Below, one piece after another: positions 34,841 to 45,236 of a stretch of 64,000 nucleotides of DNA. Numbering within the stretch: the first letter of the stretch is position 1; every line of letters starts with the position of its first letter. The stretch lies in assembly GCA_000004985.1 (NCBI GenBank), contig GG738905.1; one strand, 5' to 3'. The DNA is from Naegleria gruberi. Taxonomy: Eukaryota. The notes beneath the pieces are model-generated. The model did not search any database. It worked only from the letters and a program-made list of their open reading frames with translations, and was not told where the DNA came from. The position numbers and the translations under genes were made by a program.

Positions 34841-37066
34841 ATGGGAAATAAATTTGCCAAAGGTGCTAGGTTTCGTCGACCAAATCAACAAGACGAAACC
34901 TCTCAAAGAAATGATGAAGCAACCTCTCCCTCCCAATATCGTATTGTGAGTACAGAAGAAATTCAAGCCAATTCCTCTCCTTCCAATCATCATCATCATC
35001 CCAACAATAATAATTCCAATTTTTCTTCTTCTGACTCACCAACACTCCGAAAATCCAAATCAAATCGAACAAGAAGTTTGAGTACCTCCACAACAACAGG
35101 TGGTAACAATGGTAGTAGTAGTAGTGGTAGCAATAATGCTCGTTCAAGTCCAGGTACCTCTCCGACAAGTCATCATCAACGTTTCCTTCTGACCAACAAT
35201 CATACAACAACAACAACTCCAAGCCTTGCATCCTCTTCATCAACAACAACAAAAAATTCCCCGCCAAATTCTACAGTAATTTCCAATCAGAAAAAAAAGA
35301 GTGGTGTTGGCGGTTCGTTCAGGTTCCGATCATTGAGAGGGAATAATTCGGCATCGGCATCATCATCGTCTTCATCATCGAGTAAGAAGAGTAAGAAGAG
35401 TAATGAGGGAAAGCATAATGAAAAGCAACAACCTCAATTGCAATTGAATGATTCGAATTTGAATTCATCAGTGCAAAATAATCAACATCATCACCATAAT
35501 AGAACAATATCAAATGGTTCGACACATAGTGGTGCAAGTGGACATTTTCCTCTACTTTCATCATCATCGACTGGAATGATACAAACTGGTGGACATTTTC
35601 ATAGAAAAACTTCAAGTCAGCCTCCACCTAATTGGGCTACTTTTAATTATCAAAATTCTGGAAGTTTATTGTCTCCTAATGGAACTGGTAATCCATTGGT
35701 TAGTTTACAAATGTCTCCAAGTCCTTCATCATGGCAGAATAATTACTTTATCTATAATTATGCAATTTTATCATCATCAGCTCCACAACCTTCCACAGTG
35801 AATAGAAGTTTATCTAGCTCACCAATGAGTGTTTCTTCAGCTGCTTCAAGTGTTAGTAATTCGAGAGATCAATTAGTGGAATATCAATTGATGGAATTCT
35901 CACCACAACAACGATTGGTTCATGAAAAACTGAGGGCCATGTTTCCTTCCATGAAAAATGTGCCTGACTATTTCTTGGCCTATTTTTCATTGGTTCTTTC
36001 AGATGAAATAACTTTGAAGGAGACAATCTTTTCAAATGTCAGTGATATTTCATTCTACTTGGAAATGCAATCCAAGATTGAAGAATTATTCCTCGAAGAA
36101 GAGGAAAGACTCGGAAAATCACCTAGTACTTCTAGAATGGATCATTTCACTCCTAAATCACCAGCTTATCATAGTGTTACCAATGACAATCTTCTTGCGA
36201 ACACTACTGAAGATGGTGACATTAACTATTCTTCCAATTTTTTCAATTCTAATGATGCCTATGAAAATATTACCTCTAACCTAAATTTGAACGACTCATA
36301 TTCTAGTAATAACACTTCTACCGAAAAAGGTGATATTCCTTCCTCAATTATCAATTTCCAATTAGATTTCCTAAATCCTTTCCACATGATGAGCAGAAGT
36401 GAGCTCACTGTTCGCTTAATCATTCTACCAAAAATTTTCAAAAATGTTTTCTATGCAAAGACTGAAGTTGCTCAATTAATGTCGCCTGTATTTTCTACTA
36501 GAAATAATTTACACTTCCGAGATTCCTTTATTCACAACGACGAGTTTGTTGTATGTATCATGATTGGATTTTGGGTACTCGAGTACATTCCATCCTCTGG
36601 AATTATTGTACCAAAACTTATTTATGGACCATCAGAGCTATTTTCATATATACAGAGTATTCCTGTAATTGCCACTCTGAATAATAGTGATGGACACGTA
36701 ATGAGTGCACTCATTTCTACAATAGTTAAATGGAATTGTGAAAAGAAGAATCCAAACACTAACTCTATGACGTTCATTGATGACTTACTAAAGACACTAC
36801 ACATTAACTTTAAATATGCCCATAATTCAACACTTGAAAATTGGAGGAAGGGTAACTCATCTCTTGAATGGACCATACCAAATCATTACAACCTGCTAAA
36901 GGATCCTAGTGTAAACACTACTAGTTCTCGAGTTTTGAAATTCAAATCAATTGAAGATTATGAATTATCAGTGCCTAAAATTGTTCACACCCTGAGTAGT
37001 GAATTGTTAATTTCTAATGGAGGAGTTTTTGATTATCTAAGTTGTCTCCAAAAATGTTTCTCGTAA
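34841..37066 (+). CDS. hypothetical S/T/N/H-rich protein (741 aa) with MGNKFAK N-terminus (possible N-myristoylation site)
   Basis: Real ATG. Long low-complexity N-terminal half; C-terminal ~350 aa globular. A gtaagt lies at the stop, so a further 3' exon is possible. Confidence 0.4.
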   Translation: MGNKFAKGARFRRPNQQDETSQRNDEATSPSQYRIVSTEEIQANSSPSNHHHHPNNNNSNFSSSDSPTLRKSKSNRTRSLSTSTTTGGNNGSSSSGSNNARSSPGTSPTSHHQRFLLTNNHTTTTTPSLASSSSTTTKNSPPNSTVISNQKKKSGVGGSFRFRSLRGNNSASASSSSSSSSKKSKKSNEGKHNEKQQPQLQLNDSNLNSSVQNNQHHHHNRTISNGSTHSGASGHFPLLSSSSTGMIQTGGHFHRKTSSQPPPNWATFNYQNSGSLLSPNGTGNPLVSLQMSPSPSSWQNNYFIYNYAILSSSAPQPSTVNRSLSSSPMSVSSAASSVSNSRDQLVEYQLMEFSPQQRLVHEKLRAMFPSMKNVPDYFLAYFSLVLSDEITLKETIFSNVSDISFYLEMQSKIEELFLEEEERLGKSPSTSRMDHFTPKSPAYHSVTNDNLLANTTEDGDINYSSNFFNSNDAYENITSNLNLNDSYSSNNTSTEKGDIPSSIINFQLDFLNPFHMMSRSELTVRLIILPKIFKNVFYAKTEVAQLMSPVFSTRNNLHFRDSFIHNDEFVVCIMIGFWVLEYIPSSGIIVPKLIYGPSELFSYIQSIPVIATLNNSDGHVMSALISTIVKWNCEKKNPNTNSMTFIDDLLKTLHINFKYAHNSTLENWRKGNSSLEWTIPNHYNLLKDPSVNTTSSRVLKFKSIEDYELSVPKIVHTLSSELLISNGGVFDYLSCLQKCFS

Positions 37067-37230
37067 GTATTATTATTTCTAAGATATTTAATTTAATGAT
37101 TAATGTTGTATTTCATTATCTGATCAATAACATTTATAGAGAGGACTATTTCATGTTACAAACAATTAGAGCCTCATTACAATTAAAAGAATTCGCCCAC
37201 TTGAAATAAATGCAGTTCAAATTTTGTTTA

Positions 37231-38320
37231 TTAAAGCATTTGAATAGACTTGTTATATTGTTTAATTTCGTGGCACTTGACACGATTTTTCTTTTGACAT
37301 TTAATTCTAATATCAACACCTGCATGAGAAAATTTCATAGCTCTTGGTGGAACAAGTGCAACAAGATCATATCTGACCTTATTCTTCTTTGACTTGTAGA
37401 AATCCACAACTCTGGCAAATTCTGGAATGGCAGCATTAATAGTTGAAACAAATTTGGCATCGCCAGTTCTAGGTTGACCAAAAGTAATTAATTTAATCTT
37501 GGCATTCTTATAATCAACGTATTTTGATGAAACAAAGTCCAAAGCAGCAATACTAGTAACAGCAGCTCCCTAATAATAATTATTAATTTTCCAATCAAAT
37601 GTTTTAAGTAATTAAATTAAATTCCGTTATGTTGTTGTGAAAATCCAATATCCAAAAATGTTCAATGATAATTCGGATCACAAATTTATCACCATCATCC
37701 TTTCGTATAAATTCTAATAAAAAAATATAACAAACCTTTGAATGTCCAGTAAACATGACAGTGTCAACTTGATTTTCACTACTAAAAACCTTCTTTAAAG
37801 CAGCAACCAAAGTTTCCTTCAATTTCTTATAATGTTGCAAGAAACCTCTATGAACCTTTCCATTTCCATTAAAATCAGTCAACTTGAAATTAAACGAATC
37901 AGCCCAATTTTTAACATTCTTTGGTTCAACTCCTCTGAATGAAATTACAACAGTTCTAGTCAATGCATTATAATAAATTTTGAAAGAAGTTTGTGATGAA
38001 CGATGAAACTTGACAACTTTGTAATCTTTGGCATTTGGCAGGGATGAACATTTGACAATTGGAACTTGTGAAATTTTGTTATGATAAACATCTTGAGAGA
38101 AAAATCCTGCCCATTCAATATCTCTTGGACAAATAGTTTTCAATCTTCTATTCACAATTTCCATTTCCTTGTCACTATTGACAAGTGACTTGACAGTTTT
38201 TGCGACATTTTTAATCTTCTTGACAGCTTGCTTTAATTTAAGTCCTTCTACTTGTTGTGTGTAGATGGAAAACAAGGCAAGCGTGAGAAGAAGAGCAAAA
38301 ACTAATTTGTTTGCTTTCAT
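37231..38320 (-). CDS. secreted class 3 (fungal-type) lipase, 2 exons
   Basis: Signal peptide MKANKLVFALLLTLALFSIY. VVISFRGVEPKNVKNW...GKVHRGF...VMFTGHSK|GAAVTSIAAL. Exon 1 is 38320..37736 (donor aag|gtttgt) and exon 2 is 37569..37231 (acceptor ttattag|GGAGCT), phase 0. This restores the GHSxG nucleophile elbow. ~166-nt intron. Confidence 0.75.
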
Positions 38321-38755
38321 TTGTCGGTTGTGAATTTTTTTTTAAAGATAATTTTCAAGTGACCTGACAGCTGAATTTGTGATGTGAGAAAGTGTCGTTT
38401 TTTTGAGCTCTGGCCCATTACATGGATAATTGGTGATCTAGCAAGGCATGAGATTTTCATTTTACAATACAAACGAATGAGAAAAATCTATTCGAAATAT
38501 ACAAATTTCGAATAATATTATTCGAATAGTATTTTCATGAATAATTTGAAGAAATGAATGTTTTATTAGTTTCAATAATATTAATCATAATGATGAATCC
38601 TTTGTTGTTCAGACATATTGGAACAATACCTTTCGAATTCAATCATTATACATTCGTTCAATTTCCCATATTATTTTCAAAATCTTATTTCACATATTAT
38701 CTAAATTGTAACATTGTAAATGGAAACCAATTTAAATTGCAACCTAATCTCTCTA

Positions 38756-39148
38756 TTAATAAAACATATTGTAAACTTTAATATCATCCTGAGTTTCCTT
38801 TAACTCATCCTTCATGTCAGAAATAATTCTCTCTCTATATTCCTTATGTAACATTTCTGGATAGTCCAGATATTCCCTAAAATAGGAATCTTTGAGCAAA
38901 TTTTGAACCAAGACTTCACGTCCCATTCCTTCTGGATTACCGAGATAGACTGACCAGAGTCCATACTTTTTAGAATTCTTCATTAAATGATCTGGAATTT
39001 GTAGAGAATGTGCATGTTGAGAATAAACTGAATTACCATCAAAGGCAAATCCATAATATTCGGACATGTTTTTAAAATCATCACTGTCTGATTTGACTCC
39101 GTCTTGAGAGAGGAGAAAATCAAGGGCAAGTTGTTTGGTTTGTTCCAT
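38756..39148 (-). CDS. hypothetical protein (~130 aa)
   Basis: The ORF-table start is TTG. The first ATG is at 39148. No domain recognised. Confidence 0.3.
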   Translation of the reverse strand: MEQTKQLALDFLLSQDGVKSDSDDFKNMSEYYGFAFDGNSVYSQHAHSLQIPDHLMKNSKKYGLWSVYLGNPEGMGREVLVQNLLKDSYFREYLDYPEMLHKEYRERIISDMKDELKETQDDIKVYNMFY

Positions 39149-39715
39149 CAAGTGCTTTCGTTTTTTTTTAATCTACTTTCGGTTAGTATTATTAGAAAGG
39201 TTAATTTAAATGAGTTTTTTATATAGGACAATACCTTGTTTAACACTTACTAGAAAAGGAATGAAGGAGATAATGCATTTTTACCAAAAATAATCCAATC
39301 TAGATGGATAATCATTAGAAATAAACTGTTATCTCACTTTAGTTTGTTTGGATTGAATCAAATTGGAGGAATCTAATTGTTGAATAGGAAAATATCAGTT
39401 ATTTTGGACCAGCTTTCCATCATTAATGATGTGAAGAAAAAGTTCAATTGGATTAATTTTCAATTATAAATTTAGTTTACTTTCCATTAAGGTTTCTCTC
39501 TTGTCAACTGCTCATAATCATTTTAATTTCTGGCCAAACTGAATAACATATGATAAGAATGATTTCAATATTTTCTTTCCATCTTCTAGAAAGTATCCAA
39601 ATAATACTTTTCCCTTCTTTGTCAACTAACTTTTCAAAACATTGTAAAAAAAGATTCTTGTAAAAAAACATTTCAACGCTCAATTCTGTTAGTAAAAACA
39701 AACAAAAAACGAAAC

Positions 39716-40471
39716 ATGTGTTGGTCTCTCAGAGCTTCCTTGTTCTTTTCCATCCTAGGAGGATTGATGACTTTGGATCAGATTCGAAGAACACTTGCTA
39801 TTCGAAAGGAGTGGAGAGCACGGAGTATATCTCAAGTATTAATGTACCTGTCGTATACCTTGATGGAATTCCTACAATTTCTACAGTATTGGTTTGGAAT
39901 TGAAGGAACGTGTGGCACCACTTCAAATATTTTCCTGTCAATTGTGGCTCACTTTCTAATTTGGACTCAACCACTGGCACACAATTATTGGTGTTTAAGG
40001 AATACAGCGAAGGGAAGAAGTACTTTCAGATATGCTTTGTTTTGCTCCTTCTCCACCCTAATTCTGGCAAGTATCAGTTTGGCAATGGGTTATTTTCAAG
40101 TTGGTGGATTTGGTGTTGGAATTGAAAATGACAATCTGGAAGGTGTTCCAGGAAATGTTTTGGGAATTGAAATTCAAAATGTGAATACCAAATTGTGTTC
40201 AATGCAAGGACCTAATCATTTATATTGGATGTTTCCCTATCATCCAATATGGGGACATGGCATTTCGTGGTTTACTTGGTTGATGGTTGCTGCATTTCCT
40301 CATTTCTTTAGATATTCAGTTAAGGATAATGATTTCTTTGGAAAGAGTTGGGTGATGGGAAGTGTTGTCGTTGGTGGATGGTTAGTTGCCTTGGCAGTCA
40401 CTTTGACAATTGGCAATTTCCATGAGACACCTTCTTATTGGTGCCTTATTTCAGTTCCATGTTTGGTGTAG
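39716..40471 (+). CDS. hypothetical polytopic membrane protein (251 aa, ~6 TM, W/C-rich)
   Basis: Real ATG. Multiple hydrophobic helices. It ends ~70 nt upstream of the retroelement repeat. Confidence 0.4.
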   Translation: MCWSLRASLFFSILGGLMTLDQIRRTLAIRKEWRARSISQVLMYLSYTLMEFLQFLQYWFGIEGTCGTTSNIFLSIVAHFLIWTQPLAHNYWCLRNTAKGRSTFRYALFCSFSTLILASISLAMGYFQVGGFGVGIENDNLEGVPGNVLGIEIQNVNTKLCSMQGPNHLYWMFPYHPIWGHGISWFTWLMVAAFPHFFRYSVKDNDFFGKSWVMGSVVVGGWLVALAVTLTIGNFHETPSYWCLISVPCLV

Positions 40472-40539
40472 CCCTATGTGTCTGCATTCTTCAATCCTAA
40501 ACGATTCATTGTTCGAGAGGAATTGTATGTCAAAATGCC

Positions 40540-40795
40540 AAAGTCTTCATCTTCTGAATATGATTCAAAGAAAGTTGCCTAATTTTTGAGGGATGAGAAT
40601 TGATGGATTGAAAGCCTCCATCTCATTGAGAATGAGCATTGACAATAATAGTGGAATCATTCAATGTCGATTTGAAACTATTTCAAATAAATTTCGAGTT
40701 GGAATCTGCTACTTTTTTTAAGTGTTTGGTGATAAACGTTGGGTCAATTTGTTACTTTCCATTTTGAGGAGTCATGCAGATTTCTTGAATGAAAG
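40540..40795 (+). repeat. terminal repeat A1 of the DIRS-like element
   Basis: About 90% identical to 44976-45236. Both start aaagtcttcatcttctgaatatgattcaaagaaagttgcctaattt and end gatttcttgaatgaaag. Confidence 0.85.
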
Positions 40796-40796
40796 T

Positions 40797-40915
40797 TGAA
40801 GTGAGTACCCCACTCACTAAGGTTTATTGTAAACTACACACACCAATAAATATGAAAAATTTTTGTCTGAAAAAATTTCAACACAGCAAGATGTTAAAAG
40901 ACAAGATTTACGCTC
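40797..40915 (+). repeat. repeat B1
   Basis: ttgaagtgagtaccccactcactaaggtttattgtaaactacacacaccaataaatatgaaaaatttttgtctgaaaaaatttcaacacagcaagatgttaaaagacaagatttacgctc is identical to 44800-44921. Confidence 0.9.
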
Positions 40916-42034
40916 TTATTAAAGAACACTCCAGTGATGTTATGGCTAGTATGCCTCCAAACACCATCAAGATGGTATTGGATCTACTTGGCGAAAACCC
41001 TGAAGACAAAGAAAGATGGCTAGAAATTGTTGAAGACGCAGGTGGTGCGTTATTCAACAACTTCTCAACAAAAGCAGAGGCCCAGGAATACTTTACCAAA
41101 GGTATTAAGAAGTTAGCAAAGAGTGGTAAAGTTGCTTCCACTAGAAGTAAGACTACCTCTTTGCAAGAGGCAAGCACTCCAAGTAACATGAATAAGACTT
41201 CTTCTTCATCTCAAATGGCTACCCCAAAGGTTTCTAGCGTTAGTCAGGTTAGAGAGTTCGTCCAAAAGAGAAGGATTGAAGAAACAGACGACAAGGAGTG
41301 GAAGAGAAGAGGTGTTATTCTTGACCCAGCTGATTTCCTTGAAAAGCCAGCTACTTGGAATCTCCCAAGTAGACAACAATGGGAAGAGATGAACCGCCAA
41401 ATCAACATTTTAGTGGTCGGTAAACAGGTTGAAGAAAAGGTTAAGGAAACGTTTCCGCCATTGAGTACCAATAACCAAGCATTGAAAGCAGAGTACGACA
41501 CCTTGAAAGAGGTCGCAGGAAGCGTCTACGGTGCTGCATTGTTGAACAAGGATGAGTCAGTTGCAGACAAGTTGGAGGGTGCCATTGAATATATCAAGGA
41601 GAAAGCGGTACACCTCAAGCTCGTTTCCTTCGACAAGCATCTTGCGGAGAAGGTTCGTATCATTCGTTCAGATAAGACCTGGAGAGAACAGGCTGACCTT
41701 ATTAAGGTCGCCTCCAAGTTGATGAAGGTAGAAAGTGAAGTGATTAAGAATGGAAACTTGCCAGTCATCAATAATATGACTAAAGCTGTTGAAAAGGCAA
41801 GAGATACCTATCCTGTAGCTTCCCACTGTTTCAAATGCGGAGAAGTTGGACACTTGGCAAAGAATTGCAATAAATCCACTTCCAAATACGTCTCGGTAAG
41901 TACTATTTTTCGATCCTCCAGATGCGGCAGAGATACGGGAGAGGAAACAAGCTGTTCACTCCATTTCGAATGCTTGGAAGGAGTGGAAGAGAAGAGGAGC
42001 GAAACCTTCGATAATAAGGCTCCTGAAAGAGGGT

Positions 42035-43852
42035 GTGAAAGTGCTTCCTTCAACAGGGTTCAAAAGATCAGTGGAGACAGTAAATTCAGCCAAGTTCTCA
42101 ATAAGGGAACTACAGTGGTTGGAAAGGGAGATAAATTTGCTAAAGAAGATTGGTGCATTAGAAGCTTGTCAGAATGCGGAAGTAGTGGCCAAGTTCAGAT
42201 TGGTACCAAAGGGAGAACAGTACAGATTGATTGTAGACTTGAGACCCTTAAACAAATATTGCCTCATCCCCAAATTCAAGTACAACACATTGAAGAGATT
42301 CTTAGAGTTTATTCCAGAATCTGGAACCATGTTCCTATCATCATTCGATTTGAAGTCTGGGTACCACCAGCTAAAAGTCCACAAGGACTCAAGAAAATTT
42401 TTTGCTATCAACTATTTTGGACAATTATTACAGTTTACTGTGTTGCCCTTTGGCTGGAATGGATCACCATAGAACTTCACTTTGGTAATGAATCAAGCGG
42501 TAATTTTGATGGAATCACCACTCATGCGTCTTTCCAATTATTTGGACGATGTGCAAATAGTGAATGTAGTGGAAGAAACAATAGCCGTACAGAATGTAGA
42601 AATATGCAGGGAAGATGCAAACCAGCTTGGTTTAGTGTTAGAGAGAAGAAAGAGTGTAATGAAACCAATGACAGAATTAGTAGTGTTGGGGTCATGTGTG
42701 AATATTATAACGAAGACACTATCAATGACAGAGGCTACGATAGTGAAGATTACGAATATGATAAAATCAGTACTCACGCGGATTCATTTAGGCAAAACAG
42801 TGTCGGTAAGGAAGATGAGTTCGATAAGCGGGACAGTGATTGCTTATTTGGAATGTTTTATCCCAGCAAGGGTGATGCTTGCTCCCATATTCGCCTTAAT
42901 AGCAAAAACAGTAGTGAAGTACGGATGGAAAGCTTCGGTATTCGTAAGGGATGTCAGGGTCATTCACAACCTTCAATGGATTATTGCAAATATAAGGATG
43001 TGGAATGGAAAACACTTCCAGAGGCCATCATTGGTCTATTACTTCTGGACAGATGCATCAGATTGGGGTTGGGGAGCATATTTCGAGGAGAAGGACTTGA
43101 AGATAGGTGGTCAATGGTCGGAACAAGAAAGAAAACTTCATATCCATATAAGAGAAATGTTAGCGGTGTTAAGAGCTTTGATGGAATGGAAGCATTTGTT
43201 CGAAGAGAGAAAGATCATTATTTATGTGGACAATTGGATTATCTTACACAACATTTTAAAGGGATGGGCAAAAAGCCCACTTATGAGAAGGTTAATTATG
43301 AGCTTCTGGAGAATTATATTCAGCCACAATATAACTCTATTGTCTGTGGAATGGTTACCGTCGGAAGAGAATTATATGGCAGACGGGATCAGCAGGGGGA
43401 TAATGAACGATCCCACGGATTGGGAGATGACTATTCCAGCATTTCAAAGGATTCAGAAGGAACTTCTAGTGGAAATAGGATTCGACAGATTCGCTTCCCA
43501 CGTAAGCTTCAAAGTCAAGCCTTACATGGTAAGAGAAAGAAATTTCAGAGGAGAGAAAGCAGACGCCTTCTCTACATTATGGACAGAAGAGGTTGTAAAT
43601 TTGTGTTGCGTCCCATTCAACTTAATAGGAAGAGTATTGAAACATTGCGAAGAATCAAAAGCTATAATGGTGTTGATTCATCCAGTATGGAAGAGAAGGT
43701 TTTGGTGGCCAATTCTAGAAAAGTATCGTATAAGGAGTGTATCGATGAATGGAAAGGACTTCTTTACAAAGTCCAATACAGGTCACGTAGAACCTTGCAA
43801 GAAATCTTGGCTATTAGAGGCAAGTCTGATAGATTGTCGAACTCGGAACTAA
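42035..43852 (+). pseudogene. RT/RNase H ORF of the DIRS-like element, interrupted by one in-frame TAG (~42473)
   Basis: Both sub-ORFs are in the same frame. The stop falls between the LPFGWNGSP motif and the YLDD motif. Otherwise the frame is intact. Confidence 0.7.
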
Positions 43853-44772
43853 TTAGAATTGCCAAGGAGGTCATTAGCTCTCACAGATACAAAGAGAGCA
43901 CTGACAAGAACTACAGAAGATATTGGGTGCGCTTTATTAGATTTAACATTGAAAGAAAGGCTTGTTTTCCTCCTTCAGAAGATAATCTTATTGCTTTCCT
44001 GACGAACATGTTCCTTAAAACACCGTCAGGAAGCAACTGCAGTGCAGCATATGCTGCTATCATGGCATTTGCCAAGAAATTTAGTTTAGATCAGGGAATG
44101 CGAGGAGATAATATTCGAGAAGTTTTAAATGGAATGACTAATCTTTCAAGAGTGGCTAGTGAGAAGGAAAGAAATGCTTGGCAACTAGAATTTATTAGAA
44201 AGTGGGTGAGCATAGGTAGGAGAAGCGTGTCTGACAGAGAATTTGTATTATACACATCTATGATGATCATAGGTCTACGAACTATGTTGAGAGGAAGTGA
44301 ACTTGGTGAACTAAAGACCGAAGATGTTCAATTTCTTCGCTTGGAGAATGGTAAAATGGCAGTCAAATTGAAATGTAGAAGAGTTAAATCTAGTCAGGGT
44401 AGAATGGGTAGAATTATGTGTATAGAGAGTACAGGAAATGATTTGTGCCCAGTATCTTGGTTGAATAGGTGGATGGTGTATAGAGATCAAGGTGATTACT
44501 TATTTGGTAATAGTAAGGCTTTGACTACAATCGACATTTCGTGGATACTGAGATTTGTGGCGTCAGTTATTGGAGTAGATGGATGTTTCTCCTCTCATTC
44601 TTTAAGAATTGGAGGTGCTAATGAAGCAGCTCAAGCAGGTTTTTCTCTCGCTGCTATTCAAGCTTTAGGCAACTGGTCTTCAAATGCGGTTGACAAATAT
44701 TTCAGATCTGAGTTTTTCTATAGTAGAAACGTATCAAAAGAATTGGGTTTCTAGTAGGGGCTCATTGTTTTC

Positions 44773-44849
44773 GTATTTATTGGTGTGTAGTTGGATAAAT
44801 TGAAGTGAGTACCCCACTCACTAAGGTTTATTGTAAACTACACACACCA
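44773..44849 (+). promoter_or_regulatory. 19-bp perfect inverted repeat (tttattggtgtgtagtt(a) / aactacacacaccaataaa), candidate internal complementary region
   Basis: The left arm at ~44775-44793 lies just inside the internal region before B2. Its complement lies inside B2 (and inside B1 at ~40828-40846). A 19-bp stem with a ~31-nt loop. Confidence 0.6.
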
Positions 44850-44921
44850 ATAAATATGAAAAATTTTTGTCTGAAAAAATTTCAACACAGCAAGATGTTA
44901 AAAGACAAGATTTACGCTCCC
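44800..44921 (+). repeat. repeat B2
   Basis: Identical to B1. It is followed by cccacca and then the N-gap. Confidence 0.9.
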
Positions 44922-44925
44922 ACCA

Positions 44926-44975
44926 NNNNNNNNNNNNNNNNNNNNNNNNNNNNNNNNNNNNNNNNNNNNNNNNNN
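44926..44975. other. assembly gap (50 N) between B2 and A2
   Basis: Run of n characters. Confidence 0.98.
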
Positions 44976-45236
44976 AAAGTCTTCATCTTCTGAATATGAT
45001 TCAAAGAAAGTTGCCTAATTTATGAGAATGGATGAGAATGGATGGATTGAAAGCATTTCATCTCATTGAGAATGAGTATTGACAATAATAGTAGAATCAT
45101 TCAATGTCGATTTGAAACTATTTCAAATAAATTTCGTTATTGCAATCTGCCACATTTTTTAAGTGTTTGGTGACAAATGTTGGTCAGTTTGTTATTTTCC
45201 ATTTTTGAGGTGTCACGCCGATTTCTTGAATGAAAG
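44976..45236 (+). repeat. terminal repeat A2
   Basis: Matches A1 with a few substitutions and indels (e.g. ttatgagaatggatgagaatggatgg versus tttttgagggatgagaattgatgg). It starts exactly at the gap edge, so its true 5' extent is unknown. Confidence 0.85.

Larger units (their letters stand above)
40540..45236 (+). mobile_element. DIRS-like tyrosine-recombinase retrotransposon (Gag-CCHC, RT, RNase H, overlapping YR ORF) with flanking A/B repeats
   Basis: Frame-1 ORF 40789..44754 has a CCHC zinc knuckle CFKCGEVGHLAKNC near 41830. Its C-terminal tyrosine-recombinase domain shows R...HSLRIGGANEAAQAG...NAVDKYF (R-HxxR-Y). Frame-2 ORFs 42035..43852 hold RT motifs (FLSSFDLKSGYHQLKVH, LPFGWNGSP, SNYLDDVQIV) and an RNase H TDAS motif (FWTDASDWGWGAY). 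There are two repeat families: A (~256 bp; 40540-40795 and 44976-45236) and B (~120 bp; 40797-40915 and 44800-44921). Confidence 0.85.

Noticed and set aside
34866-35267. Minus-strand 133-aa ORF and other antisense ORFs (35319..35627, 33922..34116) over S/T/Q-rich coding regions
   Set aside because: Antisense of low-complexity coding sequence; Cys/Tyr/His-rich junk composition.
40908-42411. Seven minus-strand ORFs of 61-93 aa inside the retroelement Gag/RT region
   Set aside because: Antisense to a well-supported multi-domain coding region. No domains. Typical spurious antisense ORFs.
44805-44993. 62-aa ORF starting in repeat B2 and running into the N-gap
   Set aside because: It is the repeat-B copy of the Gag N-terminal coding segment duplicated at the 3' end, not an independent gene.
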